The translations under genes and the position numbers were made by a program. This document shows positions 18,842 to 29,100 of a stretch of 64,000 bases of DNA, one piece after another (the stretch's first letter is position 1; the number at the start of each line of letters is the position of its first letter). Location: NCBI GenBank assembly GCA_041489255.1, contig JBGPQV010000003.1:105836-169835 (forward strand), read 5' to 3'. The notes beneath the pieces are model-generated. The model made no database searches. It was not told the DNA's origin and worked only from the letters and a program-made list of their open reading frames with translations. The stretch is from Thermoplasmata archaeon (GTDB taxonomy: Archaea > Thermoplasmatota > Thermoplasmata > RBG-16-68-12 > JAFNFQ01).

Positions 18842-20200
18842 CTACTCCACCCCCTCTCGGTTCGCTTGAATCATCTCGAGGAAGGCCTCGACTCTTATCC
18901 TGATCTGGCCGATGTCCCCGTCGCTCAGCTCGCTCCTGATCGTCAGCGCGGGGATGCCCATTCTCTTGAGCAGGTTTGTGAGCCTCGTCGCGTCGAGCGT
19001 GTGAAGGTGACATCCCTGCATCGCGTGGAAGATGACGCCCTCGACTCCGCCATTCTTCACCTCGTTGATGATGTTCTCCTCTCTCTCGACGTTCGGAGTG
19101 AAGCATGGGCAGGTCGATGGGAACAGGTAGCGGTCCGCGATCGCGTCCAGCATGGCCCTCTCGGTCCACTCGTCAACGACGACAGGGTCGTAGAGCACCC
19201 TGGTCCCTGAACAGAGTTCATCTGAGACGATGACCGCACCGACCTCCTCGACGATGTCCGGCAGCTTCCAGTTCGGCCACATGACGGGCGAGCCCGCAAG
19301 CATCACGCGGGGGGCATCCCCGTTCGCTACGTTCTTCTTCGCCAAGACCATCTTCTCCAGCTCGTCTGAAAGCCTGTTCACGTTCTCCGTCCACCGCGCG
19401 ATGTCGTCGACGTATGCGAGCCAAGCAATCAGGAGGAAATGCCTGCCCCAGAGCACGTCGCCCTTCCTCCTCGTGTCCAGCAGCCTCCTCCAGGCCTTGT
19501 GCGCGCGCTGGTACTTCTCGATGGACGCCCGGAGGCTCTTCCTCGTTATCTTGTTCCCCGTGAGCATCTCCATCCTGTTCCTGACCGTTATGATTTCCTG
19601 GATCCACTGCCTGCGGATCGACTCTCCCTGCTTGATGCGGGGAACGTTCATGGGGACTATCGCCCTGACCTCCCTGAACTCGTCGGAGATCTTCAGCTTC
19701 GCATCGCACGGCGCGGGAGCGATGATGGCGTCGCACTGGGAGAACAGCGGGAAGTCGTCTATCATCATGCACCCCGCGCACGCCTTCACTATGGAGCACA
19801 TGTTCGGGTCGCCGAGGTACGCCTCGCCCAGGCCAACTGGCGGTAAATAGCCGCATCCGAGGGCCACCGGGAGGGCGCCCGCCGCATCGACCAGCTCGAC
19901 CGGCACGAAGTTGCAGAGCGTGCCGACCACCTTCCCGCCGCCCGCCTTGAACTGGTTGATCTCCTTGACGCGCCTGTCGTGAATCCTCGCGACATCGATG
20001 AAGTAGTCCATTACGGCCGGCTTGTTCTTCAGGGAGGCGAGCTTCTGCGCCTCGTCCTCGATCTTCTTGATGCTGTTCGCGGTCATATCGGCTCCCCGGC
20101 CCGCCACGAGAGACTTGATCCTCTCTCGCGCGCCGGAGTCCGCCTGCGCCTTCGCATCGTTCTTCGCCGGCTCAATTCCCTTTCTCTTCTGTAGGCTCAC
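18842..20200 (-). CDS. Double-cubane-cluster protein (DCCP)-like reductase, 2-hydroxyacyl-CoA dehydratase D superfamily
   Basis: GTLCNFVP, NMCSIVK, APCDAK, PNWKL, DELCSG, CPCFTPN, QGCH, DIGQIRIRVEAFLEM. Confidence 0.85.
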   Translation of the reverse strand: MSLQKRKGIEPAKNDAKAQADSGARERIKSLVAGRGADMTANSIKKIEDEAQKLASLKNKPAVMDYFIDVARIHDRRVKEINQFKAGGGKVVGTLCNFVPVELVDAAGALPVALGCGYLPPVGLGEAYLGDPNMCSIVKACAGCMMIDDFPLFSQCDAIIAPAPCDAKLKISDEFREVRAIVPMNVPRIKQGESIRRQWIQEIITVRNRMEMLTGNKITRKSLRASIEKYQRAHKAWRRLLDTRRKGDVLWGRHFLLIAWLAYVDDIARWTENVNRLSDELEKMVLAKKNVANGDAPRVMLAGSPVMWPNWKLPDIVEEVGAVIVSDELCSGTRVLYDPVVVDEWTERAMLDAIADRYLFPSTCPCFTPNVEREENIINEVKNGGVEGVIFHAMQGCHLHTLDATRLTNLLKRMGIPALTIRSELSDGDIGQIRIRVEAFLEMIQANREGVE

Positions 20201-20212
20201 TTCAATCTCCCC

Positions 20213-21148
20213 TTAGACAGGATAATCGACCATTGACTTCGAGGTGAGGATCTTCTTCCCCATGAACGTCGCAGAGAGCGCGCCGTCCTCGGGGCACGCC
20301 TCAAGGCAGGAATAGCAGTGTGTGCAATTCCGCGCTGTCACGTTGCGGCTCGTCTTCTCCTTGTACATGTCCTCGATGCCCATGGGGCAGACCCTTGCGC
20401 AGATCCTGCAGCTCGTGCACTTCGTCGCGTCCTTCGTCAGCTGCATGAAGGACCTCCTGTGCACTAAGCCCATGAGCGCCCCTGCGGGGCAGATGTGACA
20501 CCAGAACCGCCTGATCACGAAGCACATGACGATGAAGAATATCGCGGTGCCTATGGAGACTATCGGGACGATTGTCGTCGGCGGCAAGATGCCTAGCCAG
20601 ATCTGCGGATAAACGTAGAGCGCCCTGTTCGGGTCGACCCACTCGTAAGGTATCGGCAGCCCGGTCCTCAGCTGGCTCAGGCCGGTGCCAGGCATCCCCA
20701 GCGCGACCGTGTATGAGAGAATCAGGAACAGGGCCAGGTACTTCGTAGCGTGCAGAGCATCGCTCACCATCTTCGACATCCTGTAATACGGGATGCCGAG
20801 CCGCTTCCTGAGACCGGAGAGCAGGTCCTGCGGCAATCCGAGGGGGCAGAGCCAAGCGCACCAGACCCGCCCGAGTATGAGCACCAGTATGATGAAGAGG
20901 AAAATCGGCAGCACGATGTCGGTGTAGAGCGTCTTGAACTCCGCCACCGCGGTGTCCTGCAGCTTGTAGACGAGCGAGTAGGTCGGAGCGTCCGCGAAGA
21001 ACTTCGTCGTGGCGTTCGGCCAGTAGATGTCCCTCAGGTAAGGCGTCTCGCCGAACGACGCGACCCCGAAGACCATACAATTGAAGAGCACCAGGGCTGC
21101 GACCTGGAACGCCAGCCTCGGCCTCGAAATCCTGTGCTGCCTTTTCAT
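20213..21148 (-). CDS. Membrane 4Fe-4S binding protein (NapH/YccM-like)
   Basis: GRVWCAWLCPLG..QD, RRFWCHICPAG, C-terminal CTSCRICARVCP and CTHCYSCLEACP; several TM helices. Confidence 0.88.
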   Translation of the reverse strand: MKRQHRISRPRLAFQVAALVLFNCMVFGVASFGETPYLRDIYWPNATTKFFADAPTYSLVYKLQDTAVAEFKTLYTDIVLPIFLFIILVLILGRVWCAWLCPLGLPQDLLSGLRKRLGIPYYRMSKMVSDALHATKYLALFLILSYTVALGMPGTGLSQLRTGLPIPYEWVDPNRALYVYPQIWLGILPPTTIVPIVSIGTAIFFIVMCFVIRRFWCHICPAGALMGLVHRRSFMQLTKDATKCTSCRICARVCPMGIEDMYKEKTSRNVTARNCTHCYSCLEACPEDGALSATFMGKKILTSKSMVDYPV

Positions 21149-21154
21149 GATCCT

Positions 21155-21844
21155 CTACTGACCTCCGTGCGTGCTCACGAATGCGTTCACGATGAAGTAG
21201 ACGCCAAGGACGATCATCATCAACGCCGCGCCCACCCTCATGTAGAGCGCGTACCTCTTCGACTCGCGGATGATGTTGCCCGAAAGGAATCCGATGACCG
21301 GGTAGATCGTCGATGCCGCGGCGAAGACCATGACCATGCCGATCGCGAGGCCGAAGTCGACGGAGATTAGCAGCGGAGCCAGCACCATGATCTTCACGCA
21401 TGGCGTCGCTCCCCTGACGACACCGAGGAGGAATATGTAGGCAATCTTCGCCTTCGAATTCCCCTCGAAGTCTATCTCGCCGCCATCGGCCATGACCGCC
21501 CTCTGGCCCTTCCCGTGGTGCATTCCCCGGTGGAACAGCCTGAGGAGAGGATGACCGTGCTTCGCCATGTGGTGTCTTGTGAGGACTCTAATCAGGACGA
21601 AGGCGCCGAGCGCGACGGTCAGAGCGCCGAACGTGACGAGGAAGAAGACCGGGTTCAGGTCCTGGACGAGGCCGAGACCGGCTATCGCGCCTCCGAGGAG
21701 GACGAGCCCCAGGAACCTTCCAGCGATGAACGCGGCTCCTCCCTTCTTGCTGTCGATGGAGCAACCCAGGGAGAGCAGCGCGCAGACCCACGCGTTGCCG
21801 AGTGAACCGCCGACCGCTGCCGCCGCTAGCAATTCCTCAATCAT
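21155..21844 (-). CDS. CcdA/DsbD-like (sulfite exporter TauE/DsbD_2-type) six-TM protein with His-rich loop
   Basis: WVC in TM1 and GATPC in TM4; RHHMAKHGH...HRGMHHG loop. Confidence 0.65.
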   Translation of the reverse strand: MIEELLAAAAVGGSLGNAWVCALLSLGCSIDSKKGGAAFIAGRFLGLVLLGGAIAGLGLVQDLNPVFFLVTFGALTVALGAFVLIRVLTRHHMAKHGHPLLRLFHRGMHHGKGQRAVMADGGEIDFEGNSKAKIAYIFLLGVVRGATPCVKIMVLAPLLISVDFGLAIGMVMVFAAASTIYPVIGFLSGNIIRESKRYALYMRVGAALMMIVLGVYFIVNAFVSTHGGQ

Positions 21845-23163
21845 TTCGCATCCTCCTCCTTCGCCGCCTTCGGCTTTCTGACCTTGATGTAGATGTTGAT
21901 GCCGATGAGCAACATGATCACGAGGGAGGCGATGGCCAACTCGAAAGCCCAGCCCGTGTAGTCCCTCCCGCCAAGCGTGTACTCGATCGTGTGCTTCGCG
22001 CCATCGATCACGAAGATGTGCGGGGCGGTGTACGCGCTGGTGAAGTCCGCCTTGCCCTGATAGCCGCCCTGGCCGGCCACTATCTCGATCTGTCCGTCGC
22101 CGTCGACATCGCCGAGGGCGAGCCCAAGCACATCAGAGCCGAGCAGGGGGCTCTTCCATTCGATCGAGCGACTCACCCCGTCGAATATCCAGATGTACCC
22201 CGCCCCGTTCCCGATGACGATCTCGTTGATCGAGTCGCCGTCGATGTCGGCCACGTCCAGTCCCCAGGCCTTCGGGCCTATGTTCTCGCTCTCCCAGAGG
22301 CGCTGGTATATCGGCGGGTTACCTTCGCCGCCGGAACCGACATATCGGAAGATGAACGCGAAGCCCGGGCCCTCCCTGTATCCATTCGACGTGATTATCT
22401 CCAGATTCCCATCCCCGTCGACGTCCACGACCTTGACGCTCACGCAGTCGCCGTTCAGGTCGTCGCTCTTCCACTCCTGGACCACGTTCTGACCGTTGAT
22501 CTGATAGACGTACAGGTGACCGATGCCGGGCGTCTCACCGAGAGCCTCGCCTGTACCGAATATCAGCTCGTTGTAGGAGTCGTGGTCGATGTCAGCGATC
22601 TCGAACGACCTCATCCTGCTGGCGTTCCCTGGCAGGAAGGAGTTCTCTATCGAGCCGTTGAGCGGGTTGATGATGTAGACCGCGCTGAGCGGGTAGTCCA
22701 TCTTGTAGCCGCCTCCCGCCACGATCTCCTTGTCGCCGTCGTTGTCCACATCTCCCACCGCGATTCCGTGCACATCTCTGACGAGACCATCAATCTCCCA
22801 TCGCAGCTGGAGGTTTGTCGCGTTGAACACCCTGAGGCTGCCCTCCCCGTCCCCCGCCAGGATCTCATTGCGGCCGTCGGAGTCGATGTCGTCGACGTGG
22901 ATCCCCCAGAGGCGGGAGCCGAAAGGTCCGAGGTGCGCCTCCGACTTGAACTCGCCCCCCTTCCATTGGATCATGTTGACGTAGCCCTCGTAGTTGCCGA
23001 AGATGACCTCCTTGTTCCCGTCCTTGTCGACATCGTTGATCTCGATCGAGTTGAACCGCCCGGGAGCGCTGCCTAGGAAAGCTGCATCGACAGTGATTGC
23101 AGATGCGTTTGGCAGAAGGAGAAGGAAAGCGAACAGAATGGTGAAGGCCACATTCAACTTCAA
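21841..23163 (-). CDS. Membrane-anchored FG-GAP/VCBS-repeat beta-propeller protein
   Basis: Seven DVDxDGxxEIV repeats, signal peptide, C-terminal TM. Confidence 0.9.
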   Translation of the reverse strand: MKLNVAFTILFAFLLLLPNASAITVDAAFLGSAPGRFNSIEINDVDKDGNKEVIFGNYEGYVNMIQWKGGEFKSEAHLGPFGSRLWGIHVDDIDSDGRNEILAGDGEGSLRVFNATNLQLRWEIDGLVRDVHGIAVGDVDNDGDKEIVAGGGYKMDYPLSAVYIINPLNGSIENSFLPGNASRMRSFEIADIDHDSYNELIFGTGEALGETPGIGHLYVYQINGQNVVQEWKSDDLNGDCVSVKVVDVDGDGNLEIITSNGYREGPGFAFIFRYVGSGGEGNPPIYQRLWESENIGPKAWGLDVADIDGDSINEIVIGNGAGYIWIFDGVSRSIEWKSPLLGSDVLGLALGDVDGDGQIEIVAGQGGYQGKADFTSAYTAPHIFVIDGAKHTIEYTLGGRDYTGWAFELAIASLVIMLLIGINIYIKVRKPKAAKEEDAK

Positions 23164-23169
23164 GTGCCC

Positions 23170-24405
23170 TCACCTCCTCTCCGTTCTTCTGACTCTCCGC
23201 TTCATGACCGCATAGGTCACGAGGGTCGCAACGACTATGATGGAAACGAATACTGCCACGCCAAGCACCCAGCCGGGGATAGCTGACTCGGTCGTCGACC
23301 TCGTCAGACCGAAGGCATAGACCCTAATCGTCATCTCCTTGCCTGATGCGATCGCCAACTTCTGTCCATCAGGGGACCATCTCGCCGACATTATCGCCCC
23401 GACCGGCACGCCACTGGCGTCCTTGTTGTCCTCGAGAGTCTGCAGCACCACTCCCGTCGTGGCGTTCCTGATCATCACCATGGCCTCGGACACACCGGAA
23501 GCCGCGATGTTGTCCCCGTCCATGTGCCAGTCCACGGACCGCACGCAATTGGGCGCGGTCCACTTCGCGATCTGCTTTCCATCGCTGGCGTTCCACAACG
23601 CCATCTTGTAGTCACGGCTCCCCGAGACGAGTCTCTCGCCGTCGGGCGACCAGTCGACCGCCAGGACACCGCCAGCGTGCCCCCTAAGAGTGAACATGTA
23701 GGACCAATCCGTTGTGTTCCACATCCTCATCGTCTTGTCATCAGAAGCCGAGACGAGCCGGCTCCCATCCGGGGACCACTTCACCTCCATGACGCCGTCT
23801 GTGTGCCCGGTCATGTTCGCGATGGGCGTCCCTTTTTCGAAGTCCCAGACCTTTATCAGGTTCTCCGGGACGTTGTTCATGAAGACCTTGTCCGTGCCAG
23901 AGCCCGAGGCCAGATAATTCCCGTCGGGAGAGAAATCGAGCGTCAGTACGCTGCCCAGATGACCGGTCAATTTCTTGGCCAGTCCCCAGTTCGTCGTGTT
24001 GAATACCCAGATGATCGTGTCGTCGCCGCCAACGGCCAGGTACTTCCCGTCTGGCGACCATGCCGTGACTCTCGTCGGCAGATGAGCCGTGATTGTGCAT
24101 GTCTGGTTGCCGTCGCATCTCGTCCTGCTCTCCGCGGTCGAGTTCGCGTGGGAACCCAGCTTGATGATCCTCATGCCCGTCGTCGAGTTCCAGACGACCG
24201 TGCTGTTGTCGAAGAACGTCTGGGAGATCATCGTCCCGTCGGGCGACCACCTGACCGACCATGATGTCGCGTTGTGTCCGTCCGATCTGCTCCACACCGG
24301 CGAGAGATCGCCGAGGCTGCCAGCGGCCTTCACATGCGGCCCCGTCGACAGGAGAACCATCGCCAACGCTGTCAGGATGAGCACGCTCCGTGTGGTACCT
24401 CTCAA
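23170..24405 (-). CDS. Membrane-anchored WD40-repeat protein
   Basis: Repeated GH..xV..V.WSPDG..L.S.S.D..I..W; signal peptide; C-terminal TM plus basic tail. Confidence 0.92.
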   Translation of the reverse strand: MRGTTRSVLILTALAMVLLSTGPHVKAAGSLGDLSPVWSRSDGHNATSWSVRWSPDGTMISQTFFDNSTVVWNSTTGMRIIKLGSHANSTAESRTRCDGNQTCTITAHLPTRVTAWSPDGKYLAVGGDDTIIWVFNTTNWGLAKKLTGHLGSVLTLDFSPDGNYLASGSGTDKVFMNNVPENLIKVWDFEKGTPIANMTGHTDGVMEVKWSPDGSRLVSASDDKTMRMWNTTDWSYMFTLRGHAGGVLAVDWSPDGERLVSGSRDYKMALWNASDGKQIAKWTAPNCVRSVDWHMDGDNIAASGVSEAMVMIRNATTGVVLQTLEDNKDASGVPVGAIMSARWSPDGQKLAIASGKEMTIRVYAFGLTRSTTESAIPGWVLGVAVFVSIIVVATLVTYAVMKRRVRRTERR

Positions 24406-26054
24406 GTCCGCGACCTCCTCCTGACTTTGAAAACAATAGCAACGTAGATCGCTATGTTCGCGACCACCAAGACTGCAATCACCGCCAACAGCAGAGAGTA
24501 GTTGTCGAGGGAGAATGCCGTCCCGGAAGTGGTCCCGTAGTCCTGCGCCGGGATGATGGTGATGTAGGTGAACGCCGAAGCCTTCGCCATCCCATACTTC
24601 GTCGCCTCGGCGGTGATCTTGACGGTCGTGTTCTCCGTGACCCTCGGTGCGAGGTACTTCACCTTCTGTTGGCCGTCGGCCAAGGTGCTCGCCCCGCCCT
24701 GCGAGAGAGTCCCTGCCGTCACGGCGAACGAGACGAACGCGCCTTCGACAGGGAAGCCACTCGCCGTCACGTTGAAGATTATCTCCATCGCACGCTGACC
24801 CTCGATCACGGTCAAAGCGGGGAATATCGTCACCGACATCCCCGGCGCAGACGCCCCGAACCCGTACATCGCCCCGTCAGAGAGCCCGACGAAGACCCGC
24901 CCGTCCACGACAGTCGGCGAGGAGAACGAGCGACGGTTCGTTTGCATAGACTGATAGCTCCAGACCTCGGCCCCCGTCGCCTCGTCCAGGCAGTAGATGT
25001 ATCCGGTCCTCGCAGCGACGAGCACCTTGCCGTCCGCGATGGCGGGAGACGAACCGCCTTCCCCGGCGGTGCCGTCGCCGGTGTGGAACTGCCACAGGAC
25101 CTCGCTGGCGGATATCAGCCCATCGTGGTTCGGATCGTCGAACGGGAGCGCATATAGTTCACCGTCCACTGAATGAATGAAGACTCTCCCCGCGTGCACT
25201 CCCGGCGTCGCGTAGACATAGTTGCCCGTCTGGAACCGCCACACGAGCGCCCCCGTCTCGAGGTCAAGGGCATATGCGCTATTGTCATCGCTTCCGATGA
25301 AGACCCTGCCTGCATCAACAGCAGCCGATGAAGTCGATACCAGATGCGGGCTTGCAGGCAACGGGTACTTCCACATCACGAACCCGTCGCTGATTCGGAC
25401 CCTCGACACATTCCCATCGTTCGAGCCGACGATCACCGTCCCATTGACCACGGCGGGGGTGCCCCAGATCTGATCGCCGATCGAGTACGCCGGGCGGTCC
25501 TCGAGGCCTGTCGTCGCATTGACGAAGTAAACCTTGCCGTCCTGAGAGGAGAAGATGACCGAACCATCGTAGTACTTTGCGGACGACACTATGCTGTTGT
25601 TGGCGGTGAAGTACCAGAGGCGAGAGCCGTTGAACCGGTTGAAGGCGTACAGGTTCGCGTCCATGCCGCCGATGTAGAGCGTGTCCCCCACCACAACACC
25701 TGATGCCCAGACGTCGCTCCCGGTGGTGTAGTTCCAGAGCTCTTTCCCCGTGGCCAGATTCACCGCGTAGACCTTGTAGTCGTCTGAACCGAAATAGAGG
25801 ATGTCCGTGCTCACCACGGCGGAGGAATGTATCGGCCAGCCGGTGTCAAACTTGAGGAACATGTTATTGGTCGACGGGACGGTCGAGGTGGAGTAACCCG
25901 TGTTGTTCAGGTTGCCCCTGAACTCGGTCCAGGAGCCCGTCGTGTCAGACCCGCGGCTCCCGGCCAGGTTCCCGCCAGCAATTTGGTGCGGCATGAAGAG
26001 AGCCGCGACCAGCACGGCGACTGACGCCAATGATGTGAACCTGCCCACATTCAT
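24402..26054 (-). CDS. Membrane-anchored PQQ-like beta-propeller protein with Ig-like stalk
   Basis: W.EFRGN..NTG start, SS.AV...YFGS.D...YA repeats, EF-hand-like DPNHDGLIS insert, C-terminal TM. Confidence 0.9.
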   Translation of the reverse strand: MNVGRFTSLASVAVLVAALFMPHQIAGGNLAGSRGSDTTGSWTEFRGNLNNTGYSTSTVPSTNNMFLKFDTGWPIHSSAVVSTDILYFGSDDYKVYAVNLATGKELWNYTTGSDVWASGVVVGDTLYIGGMDANLYAFNRFNGSRLWYFTANNSIVSSAKYYDGSVIFSSQDGKVYFVNATTGLEDRPAYSIGDQIWGTPAVVNGTVIVGSNDGNVSRVRISDGFVMWKYPLPASPHLVSTSSAAVDAGRVFIGSDDNSAYALDLETGALVWRFQTGNYVYATPGVHAGRVFIHSVDGELYALPFDDPNHDGLISASEVLWQFHTGDGTAGEGGSSPAIADGKVLVAARTGYIYCLDEATGAEVWSYQSMQTNRRSFSSPTVVDGRVFVGLSDGAMYGFGASAPGMSVTIFPALTVIEGQRAMEIIFNVTASGFPVEGAFVSFAVTAGTLSQGGASTLADGQQKVKYLAPRVTENTTVKITAEATKYGMAKASAFTYITIIPAQDYGTTSGTAFSLDNYSLLLAVIAVLVVANIAIYVAIVFKVRRRSRT

Positions 26055-26140
26055 TTAGAGAACCTTGGCTGAGTCGGTGTGTCGTACCACAAATGACCTG
26101 CTTTAGTATGGCTTGACAGTATCATCATTGTTATTGGCAT
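26051..26140 (-). CDS. Putative 29-aa leader ORF MPITMMILSSHTKAGHLWYDTPTQPRFSK
   Basis: AGGAGG 6 nt upstream of ATG; stop overlaps next start (ATGA); TTTATTA TATA-like box at 26185-26191. Confidence 0.4.
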   Translation of the reverse strand: MPITMMILSSHTKAGHLWYDTPTQPRFSK

Positions 26141-26197
26141 ATTCCGCCTCCTAAAAGGCGTTTCCATTGCCTTTCGATTTCAGATAATAAAGCGAGG

Positions 26198-29100
26198 TCA
26201 CTGTTCTTTCCTGAGCGCGTCGACCGGATGCATGCTCGCCGCCCTATTCGCCGGGATTATCGCGGCAAAGAGAGCCGTGGCGTCGACCACGATGACTATG
26301 AGGAGCATCGCCAGCCAGGGGATTGCCACGTTGTTGCTGAGGAGCGTGCCTCTGCCGAAGAAAAGGAACGATGTCAGCAGGCCCGCCACGATGCCGATGA
26401 TCGCACCCAGAGACGCCGTGTAGACGCTCTCGAGCAGAAGCGAGTTCATGACCATCGACCTGCCGAATCCAATCGCCCGCAAAATGCCGATCTCCGCTTT
26501 CCTCTCCTCCACCGCCCGCGCGGAGCTCACGGCGAGACCGAAGATGCCGACAAGCAGTCCGAGCAACAACAAAGCCTGGAACAGGCCCATATAGGACCAT
26601 TCGACCGAGAGGTTGCTCCTCGCCAGGTCCTCGACAAGCGTCCCGTCCATGCCGTACGCCTGCATCTTCGATTCGAGGTAGGAGACCATGGCGGGAGGGT
26701 CCGGCGTCTTGAACAGGAAAAGGCGGTACTCCGCTGTCGTCGGGTAGAGGCGGTTGATGTTGCCCTCGGAGATGAAGACCGATCCGGGGAATATCGAGTT
26801 CTCCGTGATCCCGACGATCACCAGCTGCACCTCATTCCCGCGTTCATCGGCTATTGTAATGTGGTCGCCCACACCCTTGCCGAGGATCCAGACGACCGTG
26901 TTCGAGTCGCCTATGGCGGGAATCGCCCCATCCGCCTCGACGGTCTCGAGCGCGTCCCACGTCGATTGCCCGCCGCTGGCCGGAGCCTGGAATCGCAGAA
27001 GGCTGTCCAGCATGAACGATTCGTTCGCTCCAATGAGCCGTGGCGGGAGGTTCTTCTTTAAGTTCGAGCAGCTCCCGCCGATCTGACCGTAAGTCAGGAA
27101 TTGAACGACCGAGGAATTGGCGGGGAAATTGACGATGCCGTTGCTCGCCCTGTCTGTCTGATTGCCAAGGTCGAACCTCACGGAGATCGAGCTCTCGCCC
27201 ATGACGTCATATCCCGCCCCCTGCCTCACGACCATGTTATCGATGTTGGCCTGCTGACCCTGAATGTTCACTGAGAGGCCGAGGTATGTGAAGATGACGA
27301 TGGCGAAAAGCGAGACCGCGAGACAGGTCCTCCCGACTTTCTTGGCGGGAGTTAGAAAAGCGATTCTGAGAGTGCCGCCATTGGCGCCGGCGATGGTAAG
27401 GATTCGGGAAAGGCCTGAGGCGATTCTTCTTAGACCGACGGACAGCACCCCGATCAGGGCGGCGATGATCGCGAATCCGCTTGCGAAGAAGAGAACGAAC
27501 GGCACGGATTCGGAAGTGCTGGCAACGATGAATGAGATGACGATTGCCAGAACAATCAAAGCAATCGACCAAGTGAGCAGCAGATATACCCGCAATCTCG
27601 GGGTCCACGCGACCCACGGCAGCGAGAAAAACATAAGTGCGGCTCCCGCCAAAAAAACGGCGGATCCCGTTGGGAAATCTATCGGCATGAAATTGCTCCC
27701 AATCATCACGATGCCGCCGAGGAGAATAAGGGCGGGGGCAAGGGTGCGTTTACTTCTCCAACCACCATGTTCCCGAAGGGCGGTGGCGAGCAACTGCCCC
27801 GATATCTTATGAGCTGACAGCACGAAAGCGAAGAACGAAACGAGAAAACCCGCGACGAAGCCGACGACGACCGTGTCCGGCGTGAAATACAGTCGGACCG
27901 TGGTGCCCTCGACGATGTTGCTCCAGAACGCGTTGGTGAGAAGGATGCACAGAAAAGCGATGAGCAGGCCGACGAGGATTCCGACGGCAGAGGAAATCAC
28001 GGAGACGAGGAACGCCTCGATCGCGAACGTCCTCGTCACCTGAACTCTCTTCATGCCGATTGTCTTGAGGACGCCAATCTCCCGCCTCCTGCCCTCCATG
28101 ACCATGCCGACGAGCGCCACCGCCAAGATGATCCCGGAGATCATGACGACGACACCAAACGAGAGGAACGTCTCCGTGAGGAGCTGAACACCTTCGGCTG
28201 ATTCGATGCCGTTCGCCTTGACAGGCAGAACGCTCAATCCGGCATCACCGCCAAGTATCGTCGCGTTGAGGCGGGAGCTGATGTCGGATCTCAATTGCGG
28301 CAGGTTCGTCCCCTTGACCTTGATCGTCGTGATGTTGCCGAGGTCGTTGACCCACAGCCCCTTGGCCTTGTCCAACGTGATGTAAGCCTTAGGAGTCCCG
28401 CCATAGAGTAGCCAATAGTCCAGGTCGGCATAGCTCATCTGGCTACGCATCTCGTCCCCGCTCACCCATGTCGGGTCCCAGTCTACGCAGCTGGCCTTGC
28501 CTTTTATCCCAGGGAATGGCGGCATGATGTCCGGGTCCAGAGCCTTCCCCGTCAAGTCCACGACATGCTTCACGGCGAATGTGGCGTTCCTGTAGACCTG
28601 CCTGAACGTGCTGGTGTAGACTGAATAATTCAGGCTCACGGTGTCGCCGACTCTGGCGCCGAGCCTCGCGGCGGTGTAGTTGGTGATGATGATCTCGTTG
28701 TCTTGGATGCCGCCGATGATTGGCGACTTGGTGATGTTGTCTGTGAATGCGCCGAACGCGTAGTCAGCATGAGGATTGAGCCCCGTCACCGTGGAGTAGG
28801 GAATCGAGACGGCGCCGAACGAGATGTTGTTGACGAAATACGACGTCAGCGCGGAGACATTCTCCATCCCCGCCACGCTTCCGATCATCGCACCGACCGC
28901 ATCGACGTATCGCTCGTCGAAGAAGACGTTCTCGTTCTCTATGCGCACGTAGCTGGACGCGATTATGTTGAACCGGAGATCCCTGAAGCCCACCGCCTCG
29001 TCGATGGCGATCTGCAGTCGTGATGTCGCATCCCCACTCGTCTTCACTCCCTCGCGATCATCGCCGATGTTCGACACGACAATGGTGTTGATGTACGAAG

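Noticed and set aside
17448-26140. RiPP cluster (small ORF plus radical SAM)
   Set aside because: The rSAM has NifB motifs and no SPASM or RRE domain; no peptidase nearby
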